A DNA stretch of 64,000 nucleotides from the NCBI GenBank assembly GCA_049322915.1, contig JBMOPW010000007.1, positions 180,246 to 244,245 of the forward strand. The letters run 5' to 3'. The translations under genes and the position numbers were made by a program. Shown here piece by piece: positions 48,868 through 59,720 of this stretch (positions are counted from its first letter, which is position 1; each line of letters begins with the position of its first letter). Below the pieces are notes generated by a model. The model saw nothing but the letters and a program-made list of their open reading frames with translations. It was not told the origin of the DNA and ran no database searches. Source of the stretch: Candidatus Zhuqueibacterota bacterium. Its GTDB lineage: Bacteria > Zhuqueibacterota > Zhuqueibacteria > Thermofontimicrobiales > Thermofontimicrobiaceae.

Positions 48868-50292
48868 ATGTCGCTGAAAATTTATAATACATTGACGCGA
48901 ACGAAGGAGGAATTCGTTCCTGTTGAACCCGGCAAAGTGACCATATATCTGTGCGGTCCCACGGTATATGATTATATCCATGTCGGAAATGCCCGGCCCT
49001 TCATCATGTACGATATTTTCCGTCGCTATCTGGAATACAAAGGATTTCAGGTGAAGCTGGTTGTGAATTTGACGGACATCGATGACCACATTATTGAGAA
49101 GTCCATCAAAGAAAAAATTTCGGCCAGACAGGTGTCAGAAAAATACACCAGCGCATTCTTCGAGGATACCAGGCGCCTGGGCATTAAGCCGGCGAGCATC
49201 AATCCCAAAGCGACCGAAAATGTCGACGGCATCATCGCGTTGATAACCACCCTGATCGAGAAAGGCATGGCCTATTCCATCAATGGCGATGTATTTTATC
49301 GCATCGGGAAATTCAAGGATTATGGAAAACTGTCCGGCAAGAATATTGATGAATTGCAATCCGGTGCACGGGTTGAAGTGGACAAGCGCAAAGAGAATCC
49401 TCTGGATTTCGCATTGTGGAAATCGGCTAAAGAAGGGGAGCCGTTTTGGGAAAGCCCCTGGGGCAATGGTCGGCCGGGCTGGCATATTGAATGTTCGGTC
49501 ATGTCGATGAAATATTTGGGTGAGACAATTGATATCCATGCTGGCGGAAGTGATTTGATCTTTCCGCATCATGAAAATGAAATCGCTCAGAGCGAAGGCG
49601 CAACCGGAAAGCCTTTTGTCAGGTATTGGATGCACAACGGATTTTTAAATATTGAAGGCGAAAAAATGTCAAAGTCCCTTGGGAATTTTTTCACAGCCAG
49701 GGAAGTATTGGCCAAATACGATGCCAGCGCCATTCGTATGTTTTTTCTGCTTAAGCACTATCGAAGCCCGATTAATTTCAGCGAGGAGCGAATTCTCGAA
49801 GCGCAGCAGGCGCTGAAACGAATCATGACCACATTGGAGGCGATCAATAGGGTCTTAAAAGGTCATGCATTCGATAAAGAAGTAACTCGCTCCGGTCAAT
49901 TGGACATTGTTGAGGAATTGAGGAAAGACTTCCTGATTGAAATGGACGATGATTTCAATACGGCAGGAGCAATGTCCAAAATATTTGAACTGGTGAAAGA
50001 GGCCAATTTAATTCTGGTAAAAACGGATTTGACCGATGAGGAACTCAGGTCGCTGTGGAAAATAAAAATTATCATTGAAGAGTTCGATGTTTTCCTGGGA
50101 ATTCTGACTGTGAAAAATACCACCCAGTCTTCAAATATCGAAGCGTCTCTTATTGAGTTATTGATCGAAACGCGGAAAAAAACTCGGGAAGCGCGACTAT
50201 GGGATTTAGCCGATCACATCCGGAATCGACTGAACGACATCGGAATTGAGTTGATGGACCGTCCTGACAGGACTACCTGGAGAAAAAAATAA
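48868..50292 (+). CDS. cysS: Cysteine--tRNA ligase
   Basis: CGPTVY..HVGNAR, GRPGWHIECS, FPHHENE and KMSKS. Confidence 0.97.
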   Translation: MSLKIYNTLTRTKEEFVPVEPGKVTIYLCGPTVYDYIHVGNARPFIMYDIFRRYLEYKGFQVKLVVNLTDIDDHIIEKSIKEKISARQVSEKYTSAFFEDTRRLGIKPASINPKATENVDGIIALITTLIEKGMAYSINGDVFYRIGKFKDYGKLSGKNIDELQSGARVEVDKRKENPLDFALWKSAKEGEPFWESPWGNGRPGWHIECSVMSMKYLGETIDIHAGGSDLIFPHHENEIAQSEGATGKPFVRYWMHNGFLNIEGEKMSKSLGNFFTAREVLAKYDASAIRMFFLLKHYRSPINFSEERILEAQQALKRIMTTLEAINRVLKGHAFDKEVTRSGQLDIVEELRKDFLIEMDDDFNTAGAMSKIFELVKEANLILVKTDLTDEELRSLWKIKIIIEEFDVFLGILTVKNTTQSSNIEASLIELLIETRKKTREARLWDLADHIRNRLNDIGIELMDRPDRTTWRKK

Positions 50293-50302
50293 AAAAAAAG
50301 TC

Positions 50303-50330
50303 TTGACTTTGAGAAAAAAATTCATATATT
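50303..50330 (+). promoter_or_regulatory. Promoter of the tRNA-tuf operon
   Basis: TTGACT-N16-TATATT with an A-tract upstream. Confidence 0.6.
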
Positions 50331-50401
50331 TAGAGTTTTAGCTAAAAAACAAGCAATGCCATTTTCAAAATAAATTATTAAAATTTGGTTAAAAAATAGC
50401 T

Positions 50402-50474
50402 GCCACCATAGCTCAGTAGGTAGAGCACCTCACTTGTAATGAGGACGTCGCGGGTTCGATTCCTGCTGGTGGCT
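50402..50474 (+). tRNA. tRNA-Thr(TGT)
   Basis: GCCACCA/TGGTGGC acceptor stem, anticodon loop CTTGTAA and GGTTCGATTCC. Confidence 0.95.
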
Positions 50475-50485
50475 CAGCAATAGAT

Positions 50486-50567
50486 GGGAAGGTTCCCGAG
50501 TGGCCAAAGGGAACAGACTGTAAATCTGTCGGCTCAGCCTTCGGAGGTTCGAATCCTCCCCTTCCCA
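50486..50567 (+). tRNA. tRNA-Tyr(GTA)
   Basis: GGGAAGG/CCTTCCC stem, loop CTGTAAA and a long variable arm. Confidence 0.95.
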
Positions 50568-50592
50568 CAAAACTATGAGATAGCGCTGTATT

Positions 50593-50666
50593 GCGGGAAT
50601 AGCTCAGTAGGCTAGAGCATCAGCCTTCCAAGCTGAATGTCGCGGGTTCGAATCCCGTTTCCCGCT
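50593..50666 (+). tRNA. tRNA-Gly(TCC)
   Basis: GCGGGAA/TTCCCGC stem and loop CTTCCAA. Confidence 0.95.
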
Positions 50667-50674
50667 CAATAAAT

Positions 50675-50850
50675 AAGCCCCTCATGCGGGTTCCCACAAA
50701 TTACACATGACTTGTGATGCAGCACGCGCCAGTTGGATGATTCATTCGAATTTTGAATGTGTGGATTGTGTGGTAAATATGGATTTTATGTGTGAACGTG
50801 AGTGTAATGGGTGTGTTAGTTCGATTTAGGGAACAACGTATGAGGGGTTT
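50675..50850 (+). ncRNA. Candidate structured RNA of 176 nt in the tRNA spacer
   Basis: 14-bp closing stem with two G-U pairs, plus GTTCCC/GGGAAC. Confidence 0.35.
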
Positions 50851-50916
50851 AGACTGTCAGTACATGAAAGTTAACAATTTATTTTTTGAGAGTAAAAAAG
50901 CAGAAAATCAATACAT

Positions 50917-50989
50917 GCCCACGTAGCTCAGTAGGTAGAGCACATCCTTGGTAAGGATGAGGTCACCAGTTCGATCCTGGTCGTGGGCT
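50917..50989 (+). tRNA. tRNA-Thr(GGT)
   Basis: GCCCACG/CGTGGGC stem and loop TTGGTAA. Confidence 0.95.
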
Positions 50990-51043
50990 CTGACATAATT
51001 CAAATGGTGAACATAAGTAAATTTTTCGCGGAGGTATTTAGTC

Positions 51044-52246
<1,203 letters not shown>

Positions 52247-52296
52247 TATACTTTTTTTAATAGTAACAGGTACTATCAACGCATGGGTATTGAAAA

Positions 52297-52446
52297 ATGA
52301 GAGACCTTGTAATACTTGAATGCACTGAGTGTAAACGTCGCAACTACAACACGACGAAAAATAAGAAAAAACACGCAGGCCGGGTTGAGTTTAAGAAGTA
52401 CTGTCGATTTTGCAATAAGCACACAACTCATAAAGAATCGCGATAA
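52297..52446 (+). CDS. rpmG: 50S ribosomal protein L33, Zn-binding form (absent from the ORF track)
   Basis: Manual translation gives [49 protein letters not shown]. Confidence 0.95.
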   Translation: MRDLVILECTECKRRNYNTTKNKKKHAGRVEFKKYCRFCNKHTTHKESR

Positions 52447-52453
52447 ATTGGTT

Positions 52454-52527
52454 AGGCCAGTAGCTCTAACGGCTAGAGCACCGGTCTCCAAAACCGGGTG
52501 TTGGGGGTTCGAATCCCTCCTGGCCTG
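52454..52527 (+). tRNA. tRNA-Trp(CCA)
   Basis: AGGCCAG/CTGGCCT stem and loop CTCCAAA, located before secE. Confidence 0.95.
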
Positions 52528-52575
52528 CTAATTAATTCTTACTTTTAAAATTATCTGTTGGAGTCTTAAATTTTA

Positions 52576-52758
52576 ATGTTCCGAAAAATAAACAAATTTT
52601 TACAGGAAGTCAGACAGGAATTGTCTAAGGTCAGTTGGCCAACTCGGCAAGAATTAAAGGGAACGACGTTCATTGTCATCGTTCTGACTCTGTTGCTTAC
52701 TGCATTTATCTGGGTGACGGATAAGGCATTAGAAGGGCTGCTAAACGTAATTTTCTAA
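52576..52758 (+). CDS. secE: Preprotein translocase SecE
   Basis: ELSKVSWPT plus one transmembrane helix, and synteny. Confidence 0.95.
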   Translation: MFRKINKFLQEVRQELSKVSWPTRQELKGTTFIVIVLTLLLTAFIWVTDKALEGLLNVIF

Positions 52759-52774
52759 TCTGAACTGAAAGTAG

Positions 52775-53332
52775 TTGTTAGAGGGGCTGTTGGAAGAACA
52801 AGAGAAAAATTGGTACGTCATTCATGTCCTGTCCGGGCATGAGAATAAGGTGAAAGCCTATATTGAGCATGAAGCAACCCGGATGGGAATTGAAGGTAAG
52901 ATACCTCAAATTCTTGTCCCGTCGGAAGAGGTCACTGAAATGCGCGACGGAAAAAAGAAATTGAAAAATAAAATCTTTTTTCCAGGCTATATTTTAGTCC
53001 AGATGGACGTGGATAAGGATACAATTCATATCATCACCAACACTCCCGGCGTGACTCAATTTTTGGGTTCGAAAAATAAACCCCAGCCCTTGCGTCCCGA
53101 CGAAATAAAGCGGATAATGGGACGTGTGGATGACCTGAAGAATCGAGAACTTTTAGATATTCCTTTCAGTGTTGGTGATCCGATTAAGGTGACCGATGGG
53201 CCGTTTACAGATTTCACCGGTGTTGTTAAAGAAGTCAATGAGGAGAAAAAGAAGGTGAAGGTGATGGTAAGCGTTTTCAACCAATTGACACCTGTAGAAT
53301 TGGATTTTTTACAAGTAGAATTGGAGAAATAA
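52775..53332 (+). CDS. nusG: Transcription factor NusG
   Basis: WYVIHV.SG.E, FFPGY and KOW motif DGPF.DF.G. Exact start uncertain. Confidence 0.96.
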   Translation: MLEGLLEEQEKNWYVIHVLSGHENKVKAYIEHEATRMGIEGKIPQILVPSEEVTEMRDGKKKLKNKIFFPGYILVQMDVDKDTIHIITNTPGVTQFLGSKNKPQPLRPDEIKRIMGRVDDLKNRELLDIPFSVGDPIKVTDGPFTDFTGVVKEVNEEKKKVKVMVSVFNQLTPVELDFLQVELEK

Positions 53333-53338
53333 AACTAA

Positions 53339-53764
53339 ATGGCAAAGAAAATAATAGGATCAATCAAGTTGCAGATCCCAGCTGGCAATGCAACGCCGTC
53401 ACCACCGGTTGGCCCGGCTCTTGGACAACATGGGGTGAATATCATGGAATTTTGTAAAGCCTTCAACGCCCGAACTCAGGAAAAAAAGGGACTCATTATT
53501 CCGGTCATCATTACCGTCTATGCAGACCGCTCGTTTACATTTATCACCAAAACCCCACCGGCGCCCATCTTGTTGAAACGGGCTGCGGGACTTGAAAAAG
53601 GCTCAGGTGAACCAAATCGTAATAAAGTAGGCAAGGTGACCAGAGCCCAGGTGCGCGAGATTGCAGAAACAAAATTGCAGGATCTCAATGCATTTTCCAT
53701 TGAGATGGCAATGCGGATGATCGAGGGCACTGCCCGGAGCATGGGGATTACGGTTGAGGATTAA
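53339..53764 (+). CDS. rplK: 50S ribosomal protein L11
   Basis: [13 protein letters not shown] and GTARSMG. Confidence 0.98.
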   Translation: MAKKIIGSIKLQIPAGNATPSPPVGPALGQHGVNIMEFCKAFNARTQEKKGLIIPVIITVYADRSFTFITKTPPAPILLKRAAGLEKGSGEPNRNKVGKVTRAQVREIAETKLQDLNAFSIEMAMRMIEGTARSMGITVED

Positions 53765-53800
53765 TCTTATTCGGAAATTATCTGTTTTCACGGAGATAAT

Positions 53801-54502
53801 ATGAAAAGAAGTAAGCGATTTAATGAACAGTTATCAAAACTTGAAAAGAACAAGGCGTACGAATTAGAGCCGGCAATTTCTTTGATGAAGGATATGGCAA
53901 CGGCCAAATTTGACGAATCCGTTGATGTGGCGATTCGTCTGGGTGTCGATCCGCGTCATGCGGATCAAATGGTGCGTGGAACCGTATCCCTACCTCATGG
54001 AACTGGAAAAACGGTGAGAGTCCTTGTTTTGACAAAAGGTGGCAAAGAGAAAGAGGCAAAAGACGCAGGCGCTGACCACGTGGGTCTGGAAGAATACGTG
54101 GAAAAATTGCAGCAAGGCTGGATGGAATGCGACGTCATCATTGCCACCCCAGACGTCATGAGCACCGTCGGTAAGCTGGGTCGAGTTCTAGGGCCTAAAG
54201 GCTTGATGCCAAACCCGAAAAGCGGAACGGTGACGTTTGAAGTCGGCCAGGCAGTCAAAGATGTGAAAGCCGGTCGAATCGATTTCCGGGTGGATCGCAA
54301 TGGCATTCTTCATGTTGCCGCTGGCAAGGCCTCGTTCAGCGCAGTCCAGATCAAAGATAATGTCAAGGCTCTGTTAGAAACGATTGTTCGATTGAAGCCG
54401 ACTTCAGCAAAAGGACAATATATTCGTTCTGTGACCTTGTCGACCACTATGGGACCTGGCATCAAATTGGACAGGGCTGCTATAATGGAAGAATTGAAAT
54501 AA
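53801..54502 (+). CDS. rplA: 50S ribosomal protein L1
   Basis: KFDESV, LPHGTGK, LGPKGLMPNPK and STTMGPG. Confidence 0.98.
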   Translation: MKRSKRFNEQLSKLEKNKAYELEPAISLMKDMATAKFDESVDVAIRLGVDPRHADQMVRGTVSLPHGTGKTVRVLVLTKGGKEKEAKDAGADHVGLEEYVEKLQQGWMECDVIIATPDVMSTVGKLGRVLGPKGLMPNPKSGTVTFEVGQAVKDVKAGRIDFRVDRNGILHVAAGKASFSAVQIKDNVKALLETIVRLKPTSAKGQYIRSVTLSTTMGPGIKLDRAAIMEELK

Positions 54503-54539
54503 GTGAAATTAATTCTTTGGTATTAAGGAATAGAGACAA

Positions 54540-55058
54540 ATGGCAAAACCTGAAAAAGAACAAATTGTCGCTGAGATGATAGCTAAAATGTCATCGTCCA
54601 ATAGCATTTACCTGGCAGATTACAAAGGGTTGAACGTTGAGCAGATTAGTGACCTCAGAACGCAACTTCGAAAAGCGAAAGTTGAGTTTACGGTCGTAAA
54701 GAACACCCTGGCTAGAATTTCAGCGCGAGAAATTGGGCTGGAAGATTTGAGCGACTATTTCACCGGCCCAACTGCCGTTGCTATTAGCCAGGACGATCCG
54801 ATCATCGGGGCAAAAATTCTCACCGAATTTCAGAAGAAAAACGATAAACTGAGCTTGAAAGCCTGTGTGCTGGAAGGCCATGTTTATGATAAAAATCGAA
54901 TCGACGAGATTGCCAAGCTACCGCCCAAAGAGCAAGTGATTGCGCAAACGGTTGGCATGATTGGCGCCCCCCTGAGAAATTTGGTAAACGTGTTACATGG
55001 TCTATTGACCGCAACAGTAGTCGTATTAAGCGAAATTAAAAAACAAAAAGAAAACTGA
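54540..55058 (+). CDS. rplJ: 50S ribosomal protein L10
   Basis: DYKGL, VVKNTL, GPTA and synteny. Confidence 0.96.
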   Translation: MAKPEKEQIVAEMIAKMSSSNSIYLADYKGLNVEQISDLRTQLRKAKVEFTVVKNTLARISAREIGLEDLSDYFTGPTAVAISQDDPIIGAKILTEFQKKNDKLSLKACVLEGHVYDKNRIDEIAKLPPKEQVIAQTVGMIGAPLRNLVNVLHGLLTATVVVLSEIKKQKEN

Positions 55059-55100
55059 TAGTGGCATTTATACAATTAATATTATTACGGAGGATTAGAA

Positions 55101-55574
55101 ATGTCTGATGTAAACGAGAGCAAGGCTACAGTAGAAGAAGCTACTGAAGAGAAAACTCCGGCCAAAAAATCAACAGGCAAAAAGGCAAGCAATGGTGTGA
55201 GCAAGATTGTTGAAACTATCGAAAAATTATCAGTGCTCGAATTGGTTGATTTGATAAAAGAGTTAGAAGAGAAATTTGGAGTTTCTGCTCAAGCTGCTGT
55301 TATGGCCCCAATGGCTATGGCTGGCGTTCCTGCGGCTGCTGCTCAAGAAGTAGCCGAAGAAAAAACCGAATTCGACGCTGTTCTGACAGTTGTCGGCGAC
55401 AAGAAAATCCAGGTTATCAAGGTTGTCCGTGAGATCACCTCGCTGGGTTTGAAAGAAGCCAAAGACCTGGTTGATTCTGCACCGAAGCCGGTAAAAGAAG
55501 CCATTCCCAAAGACGAAGCAGAGTCGATTAAGAAAAAATTCGAAGAGGTTGGTGCTACGATAGAGATTAAGTAA
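55101..55574 (+). CDS. rplL: 50S ribosomal protein L7/L12 with N-terminal extension
   Basis: [14 protein letters not shown] and [18 protein letters not shown] before ATG 55101. Confidence 0.96.
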   Translation: MSDVNESKATVEEATEEKTPAKKSTGKKASNGVSKIVETIEKLSVLELVDLIKELEEKFGVSAQAAVMAPMAMAGVPAAAAQEVAEEKTEFDAVLTVVGDKKIQVIKVVREITSLGLKEAKDLVDSAPKPVKEAIPKDEAESIKKKFEEVGATIEIK

Positions 55575-55610
55575 CTTACTTAATTCCAACAAGATCGTAC
55601 GTTGAGACTG

Positions 55611-55676
55611 AATATTCTTCGAAATCATTATTAGTGCCGGACAGGACCAATTAATGTATTTCGAAGATTATTTTTT
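55611..55676 (+). terminator. Attenuator-like hairpin between rplL and rpoB
   Basis: TCTTCGAAAT..CATTA / TAATG..ATTTCGAAGA stem followed by a T run. Confidence 0.55.
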
Positions 55677-55722
55677 GTTGAGATCAATTTAGCTGTGGAT
55701 GTTGAAAGGGGTTAATCTCTTC

Positions 55723-58700
55723 ATGTCAACAAAAATAAAGCAGAGAAAAACATTTTCCAAAATTGTGAAAATCGCTGACCTGCCGGATTTGCTCAATATT
55801 CAGTTGGAGTCATTTGAAGAATTTCTTCAAGCCAATATACCTCCAGAAAAGCGAGCAAACGTTGGATTGCAGTCGGTATTCACCGGCATTTTCCCAATTG
55901 TGGATAGTCGGGAGAATTTCATTCTCGAATTTGTATCATATTATCTCGAGAAACCGAAGTATAATTTGAAAGAATGTCAGGAACGCGGTGGTACTTTTTC
56001 GGTGCCATTGAAGGCGAAACTGCGCCTGTCTGTGAAAGACCCTGATAGCGAGGAAGAAGAGATAACAGATACAATCGAGCAAATTGTCTATTTGGGCAAT
56101 ATCCCGGTTATGACGAATCGTGGAACGTTCATCATCAACGGCGCGGAGCGAATTGTCGTAAGCCAGTTGCACCGCTCGCCGGGCGTTTTCTTTGATGAAA
56201 TGAAACATCCCAATGGTTCAAAAATCTTTTCTGCCAGGATCATCCCCTTGCGCGGTTCGTGGTTGGAATTCCTCACGGATATCAACGACGTCATGTATGT
56301 TTACATTGACCGTCGGAAGAAATTCCCGGTAACCGCTTTGCTTCGCGCCCTCGGCTATTCTTCGGATCAGCAATTGTTCGAATTGTTCGATCTGATTGAA
56401 GAAGTGGATGTGAACGATCCGAAAATCGAATCGTTTGTGGACCATACGGTGTTGCTCGATATCATCGACTATTCAACCGGTGAAATTCTAGTAGAGAAAA
56501 ATTCGGTGCTGGATATAGATATTTTAGCCCGCATCAAAAAGGACACCGACATCAAGTCAATTCGATTTTTGAAACGAACCACCACGGCCAGTCCCGATGT
56601 TATCAATAACACACTTCATAAAGATCCTTCGAAATCCGAGAAGGAGGCATTGGAGTTAATTTATCGGCAACTCCGTTCCGGCGATGCGCCAGACCTTGAA
56701 ACTGCACGAGGTTTGGTGGATCGATTGTTTTTTAATCCAAAACGGTATGATCTTGGACAGGTCGGACGCTATCGGCTGAACAAGAAGTTGCATTTGGATA
56801 TTGATCTCAATTTGACAGTGCTGACTAAAGAAGACATTGTTTCCATCATTAAATACTTGCTCGATCTGAGGAATGCAAAACGCTCCTCAGATGATATCGA
56901 TCATCTGGGCAATAGACGAATCAAAACCGTGGGCGAGCAATTGGCAGCTCAAATGAGCGTGGGTTTATCCCGAATGGCTCGGACGGTCAAAGAGCGGATG
57001 AATCTCCGCGAGAATGAGAACCTCACTCCTCAGGATTTGATCAACGCTCGAACGATACTTTCGGTCATTAATACGTTTTTTGGCACCAGCCAGCTATCTC
57101 AGTTTATGGATCAAACCAATCCATTGGCTGAAATGACGCATAAACGCCGGCTCTCAGCATTAGGGCCTGGTGGTTTGACGCGCGAGCGCGCCGGCTTCGA
57201 AGTGCGCGACGTCCATTACACCCATTACGGCCGGCTTTGTCCCATTGAAACGCCTGAAGGACCGAACATCGGTCTCATTTCGTCGTTGACGACATTCGCG
57301 CGCATCAATAATCTAGGCTTTATTGAAACGCCGTATCGAAAAGTCGTGGACGGAAAGGTGACCGATGAAATTCATTATCTTTCCGCCGACGATGAGGAAC
57401 AATTGCGCATTGCTCAGGCCAACGCTCCCATCAAAGAAGACGGGAGTTTCATCAACGAACGCGTTCAGGTGCGATTCCGCGGTGATTTCCCATTGGTTGC
57501 CCCGGATATGGTCGATTATATGGACGTATCTCCGACGCAGATGGTCTCGGCGGCTGCTTCGCTCATTCCATTCCTGGAACATGACGACGCTAACCGCGCG
57601 CTGATGGGATCCAACATGCAGCGCCAGTCTGTGCCGCTGCTGCAACCGGAGGCGCCGATTGTGGGTACCGGCCTTGAAGGCAAAGTTGCACGTGACTCTC
57701 GCGCGATCATTGTCAGCGAAACGAATGGCGTTATTGAGAAAGTATCGGCGGACGAAATTATCGTTCGCAGCGATGAAGAAGAGCCTACCGAAGAGTTAGA
57801 TCGGGAACGAATTCTCGATTTTGAACATGATGAGAAAAAGTCGTATTCGCTCACAAAGTTCATGCGGACGAACCAGGATACGTGTATTAACCAGATTCCC
57901 ATTGTCAATGAGGGCGATCGCGTGAAGGTCGGCAGTGTTTTAGCCGATGGGTGTGGCACCCAGGGCGGTGAATTGGCTCTGGGTAAAAATGTGCTGGTTG
58001 CGTTCATGCCCTGGCGCGGATATAACTTTGAAGATGCGATTGTTATTTCTGAACGCGTTGTTCAGGACGATATTTATACTTCCATCCACATCGAAGAATT
58101 CGAACTTCAGGTCCGCGATACGAAGCGCGGCGAAGAAGAATTGACGCGAGAAATTCCCAACATCAGCGAAGAAGCGACCAAAGACCTGGATGAAAATGGC
58201 ATTGTTCGAGTCGGAGCAGAGGTGAAAGAAGGCGATATTCTCGTGGGCAAAGTGACCCCCAAGGGTGAAACCGATCCGACTCCTGAAGAGAAATTGCTCA
58301 AAGCGATTTTTGGTGAGAAAGCCGGCGATGTGAAGGATGCGTCTCTGAAAGCATCCACCGGCCTGAAAGGCATTGTGATCGATACAAGACTCTTCTCCAG
58401 AAAAAAGCGCGATGCAAAGACAAAACGACAGGATAAGAAGAAGATAGAAGAACTGGATGCATGGATTGTTGCTGAGAAGCTGAGAACACGTAAATCGCGC
58501 GACAACAAACTGGTGAGGGTGTTAGACGGTCAATTATCTGCCGGCATTCGAGATCTGGAAACGGGCAAAGTGGTTATCCGAGCCAAGGCGCTCCTGAAAA
58601 AAGATGTGATGAGCGATATCGATTTTGATTCGCTGGATCTGACAAAACCACTGGTGGAAGACGAAGGGCGGAACCAGCTCATCGGCGAAATTCTTGAAAA

Positions 58701-59526
58701 ATATTATGAAAAACTCAGTTCTATTGATGAAGAATATGAGTTGCGGAAATTCAAAATCACGGTGGGTGATGAACTTCCACCGGGAATTGTTCAATTGGCA
58801 AAAGTTTACGTGGCTAAAAAACGTAAGCTTATGGTGGGCGATAAAATGGCGGGTCGCCATGGGAACAAAGGCGTGGTCGCTAGAATTGTCCCCATGGAAG
58901 ATATGCCATTTATGCCCGACGGCACGCCGGTAGATATCGTATTGAATCCATTAGGCGTTCCGTCACGAATGAACCTGGGCCAAATTATGGAAACGAATTT
59001 GGGCTGGGCAGCAAAAATTCTGAACCTGATGTATGCAACCCCTGTTTTCGATGGGGCATCCTTTAAAGAGATACAAGCTGAACTTGAAAAAGCCAACCTG
59101 CCGAAGACGGGCAAGAGCGTCCTCTACGATGGCCAAACTGGAATGAAGTTTGACTCCGAAGTGACGGTAGGTTATATTTATATAATGAAGCTTTCGCATC
59201 TAGTGGAAGATAAAATCCATGCTCGGTCCATTGGGCCGTATTCGCTCATTACCCAACAACCATTGGGTGGCAAGGCGCAATTTGGCGGCCAGCGATTCGG
59301 AGAAATGGAAGTATGGGCGCTGGAAGCGTATGGCGCAGCGCACACATTGCAGGAAATTCTGACGGTCAAATCCGATGATGTGCGCGGTCGATCCAAAGTC
59401 TACGAAGCCATTGTGAAAGGTGATACTCTGCCTGATCCCGGTTTGCCGGAATCGTTCAATGTATTGATTCGCGAACTGATGGGATTGGGGCTGGATGTCG
59501 AATTGCTGGATATCACGGAGGAGTAA
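55723..59526 (+). CDS. rpoB: RNA polymerase beta subunit
   Basis: [28 protein letters not shown] and GGQRFGEME. Confidence 0.99.
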   Translation: MSTKIKQRKTFSKIVKIADLPDLLNIQLESFEEFLQANIPPEKRANVGLQSVFTGIFPIVDSRENFILEFVSYYLEKPKYNLKECQERGGTFSVPLKAKLRLSVKDPDSEEEEITDTIEQIVYLGNIPVMTNRGTFIINGAERIVVSQLHRSPGVFFDEMKHPNGSKIFSARIIPLRGSWLEFLTDINDVMYVYIDRRKKFPVTALLRALGYSSDQQLFELFDLIEEVDVNDPKIESFVDHTVLLDIIDYSTGEILVEKNSVLDIDILARIKKDTDIKSIRFLKRTTTASPDVINNTLHKDPSKSEKEALELIYRQLRSGDAPDLETARGLVDRLFFNPKRYDLGQVGRYRLNKKLHLDIDLNLTVLTKEDIVSIIKYLLDLRNAKRSSDDIDHLGNRRIKTVGEQLAAQMSVGLSRMARTVKERMNLRENENLTPQDLINARTILSVINTFFGTSQLSQFMDQTNPLAEMTHKRRLSALGPGGLTRERAGFEVRDVHYTHYGRLCPIETPEGPNIGLISSLTTFARINNLGFIETPYRKVVDGKVTDEIHYLSADDEEQLRIAQANAPIKEDGSFINERVQVRFRGDFPLVAPDMVDYMDVSPTQMVSAAASLIPFLEHDDANRALMGSNMQRQSVPLLQPEAPIVGTGLEGKVARDSRAIIVSETNGVIEKVSADEIIVRSDEEEPTEELDRERILDFEHDEKKSYSLTKFMRTNQDTCINQIPIVNEGDRVKVGSVLADGCGTQGGELALGKNVLVAFMPWRGYNFEDAIVISERVVQDDIYTSIHIEEFELQVRDTKRGEEELTREIPNISEEATKDLDENGIVRVGAEVKEGDILVGKVTPKGETDPTPEEKLLKAIFGEKAGDVKDASLKASTGLKGIVIDTRLFSRKKRDAKTKRQDKKKIEELDAWIVAEKLRTRKSRDNKLVRVLDGQLSAGIRDLETGKVVIRAKALLKKDVMSDIDFDSLDLTKPLVEDEGRNQLIGEILEKYYEKLSSIDEEYELRKFKITVGDELPPGIVQLAKVYVAKKRKLMVGDKMAGRHGNKGVVARIVPMEDMPFMPDGTPVDIVLNPLGVPSRMNLGQIMETNLGWAAKILNLMYATPVFDGASFKEIQAELEKANLPKTGKSVLYDGQTGMKFDSEVTVGYIYIMKLSHLVEDKIHARSIGPYSLITQQPLGGKAQFGGQRFGEMEVWALEAYGAAHTLQEILTVKSDDVRGRSKVYEAIVKGDTLPDPGLPESFNVLIRELMGLGLDVELLDITEE

Positions 59527-59720
59527 GACTCGTTTTACCCGATGAGTGTGTGGTGGATTAAAATGTGGGTTAGGTTTATTTAATGGGTTCAAATAGTTGC
59601 TGTGAGCCGCAGACTTTCTCCCCCTTTCAGTGCTGAAGTTTGTCCGTGCTTTTCAATTTGAAACTCAATAAATAAATAGCGTTCCCAAATCCTGATTACC
59701 ATTTGGGAGGTGTTCCCTTT

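Noticed and set aside
52276..52531. Track ORFs 52276-52491 and 52316-52531
   Set aside because: They overlap the real rpmG and tRNA-Trp.
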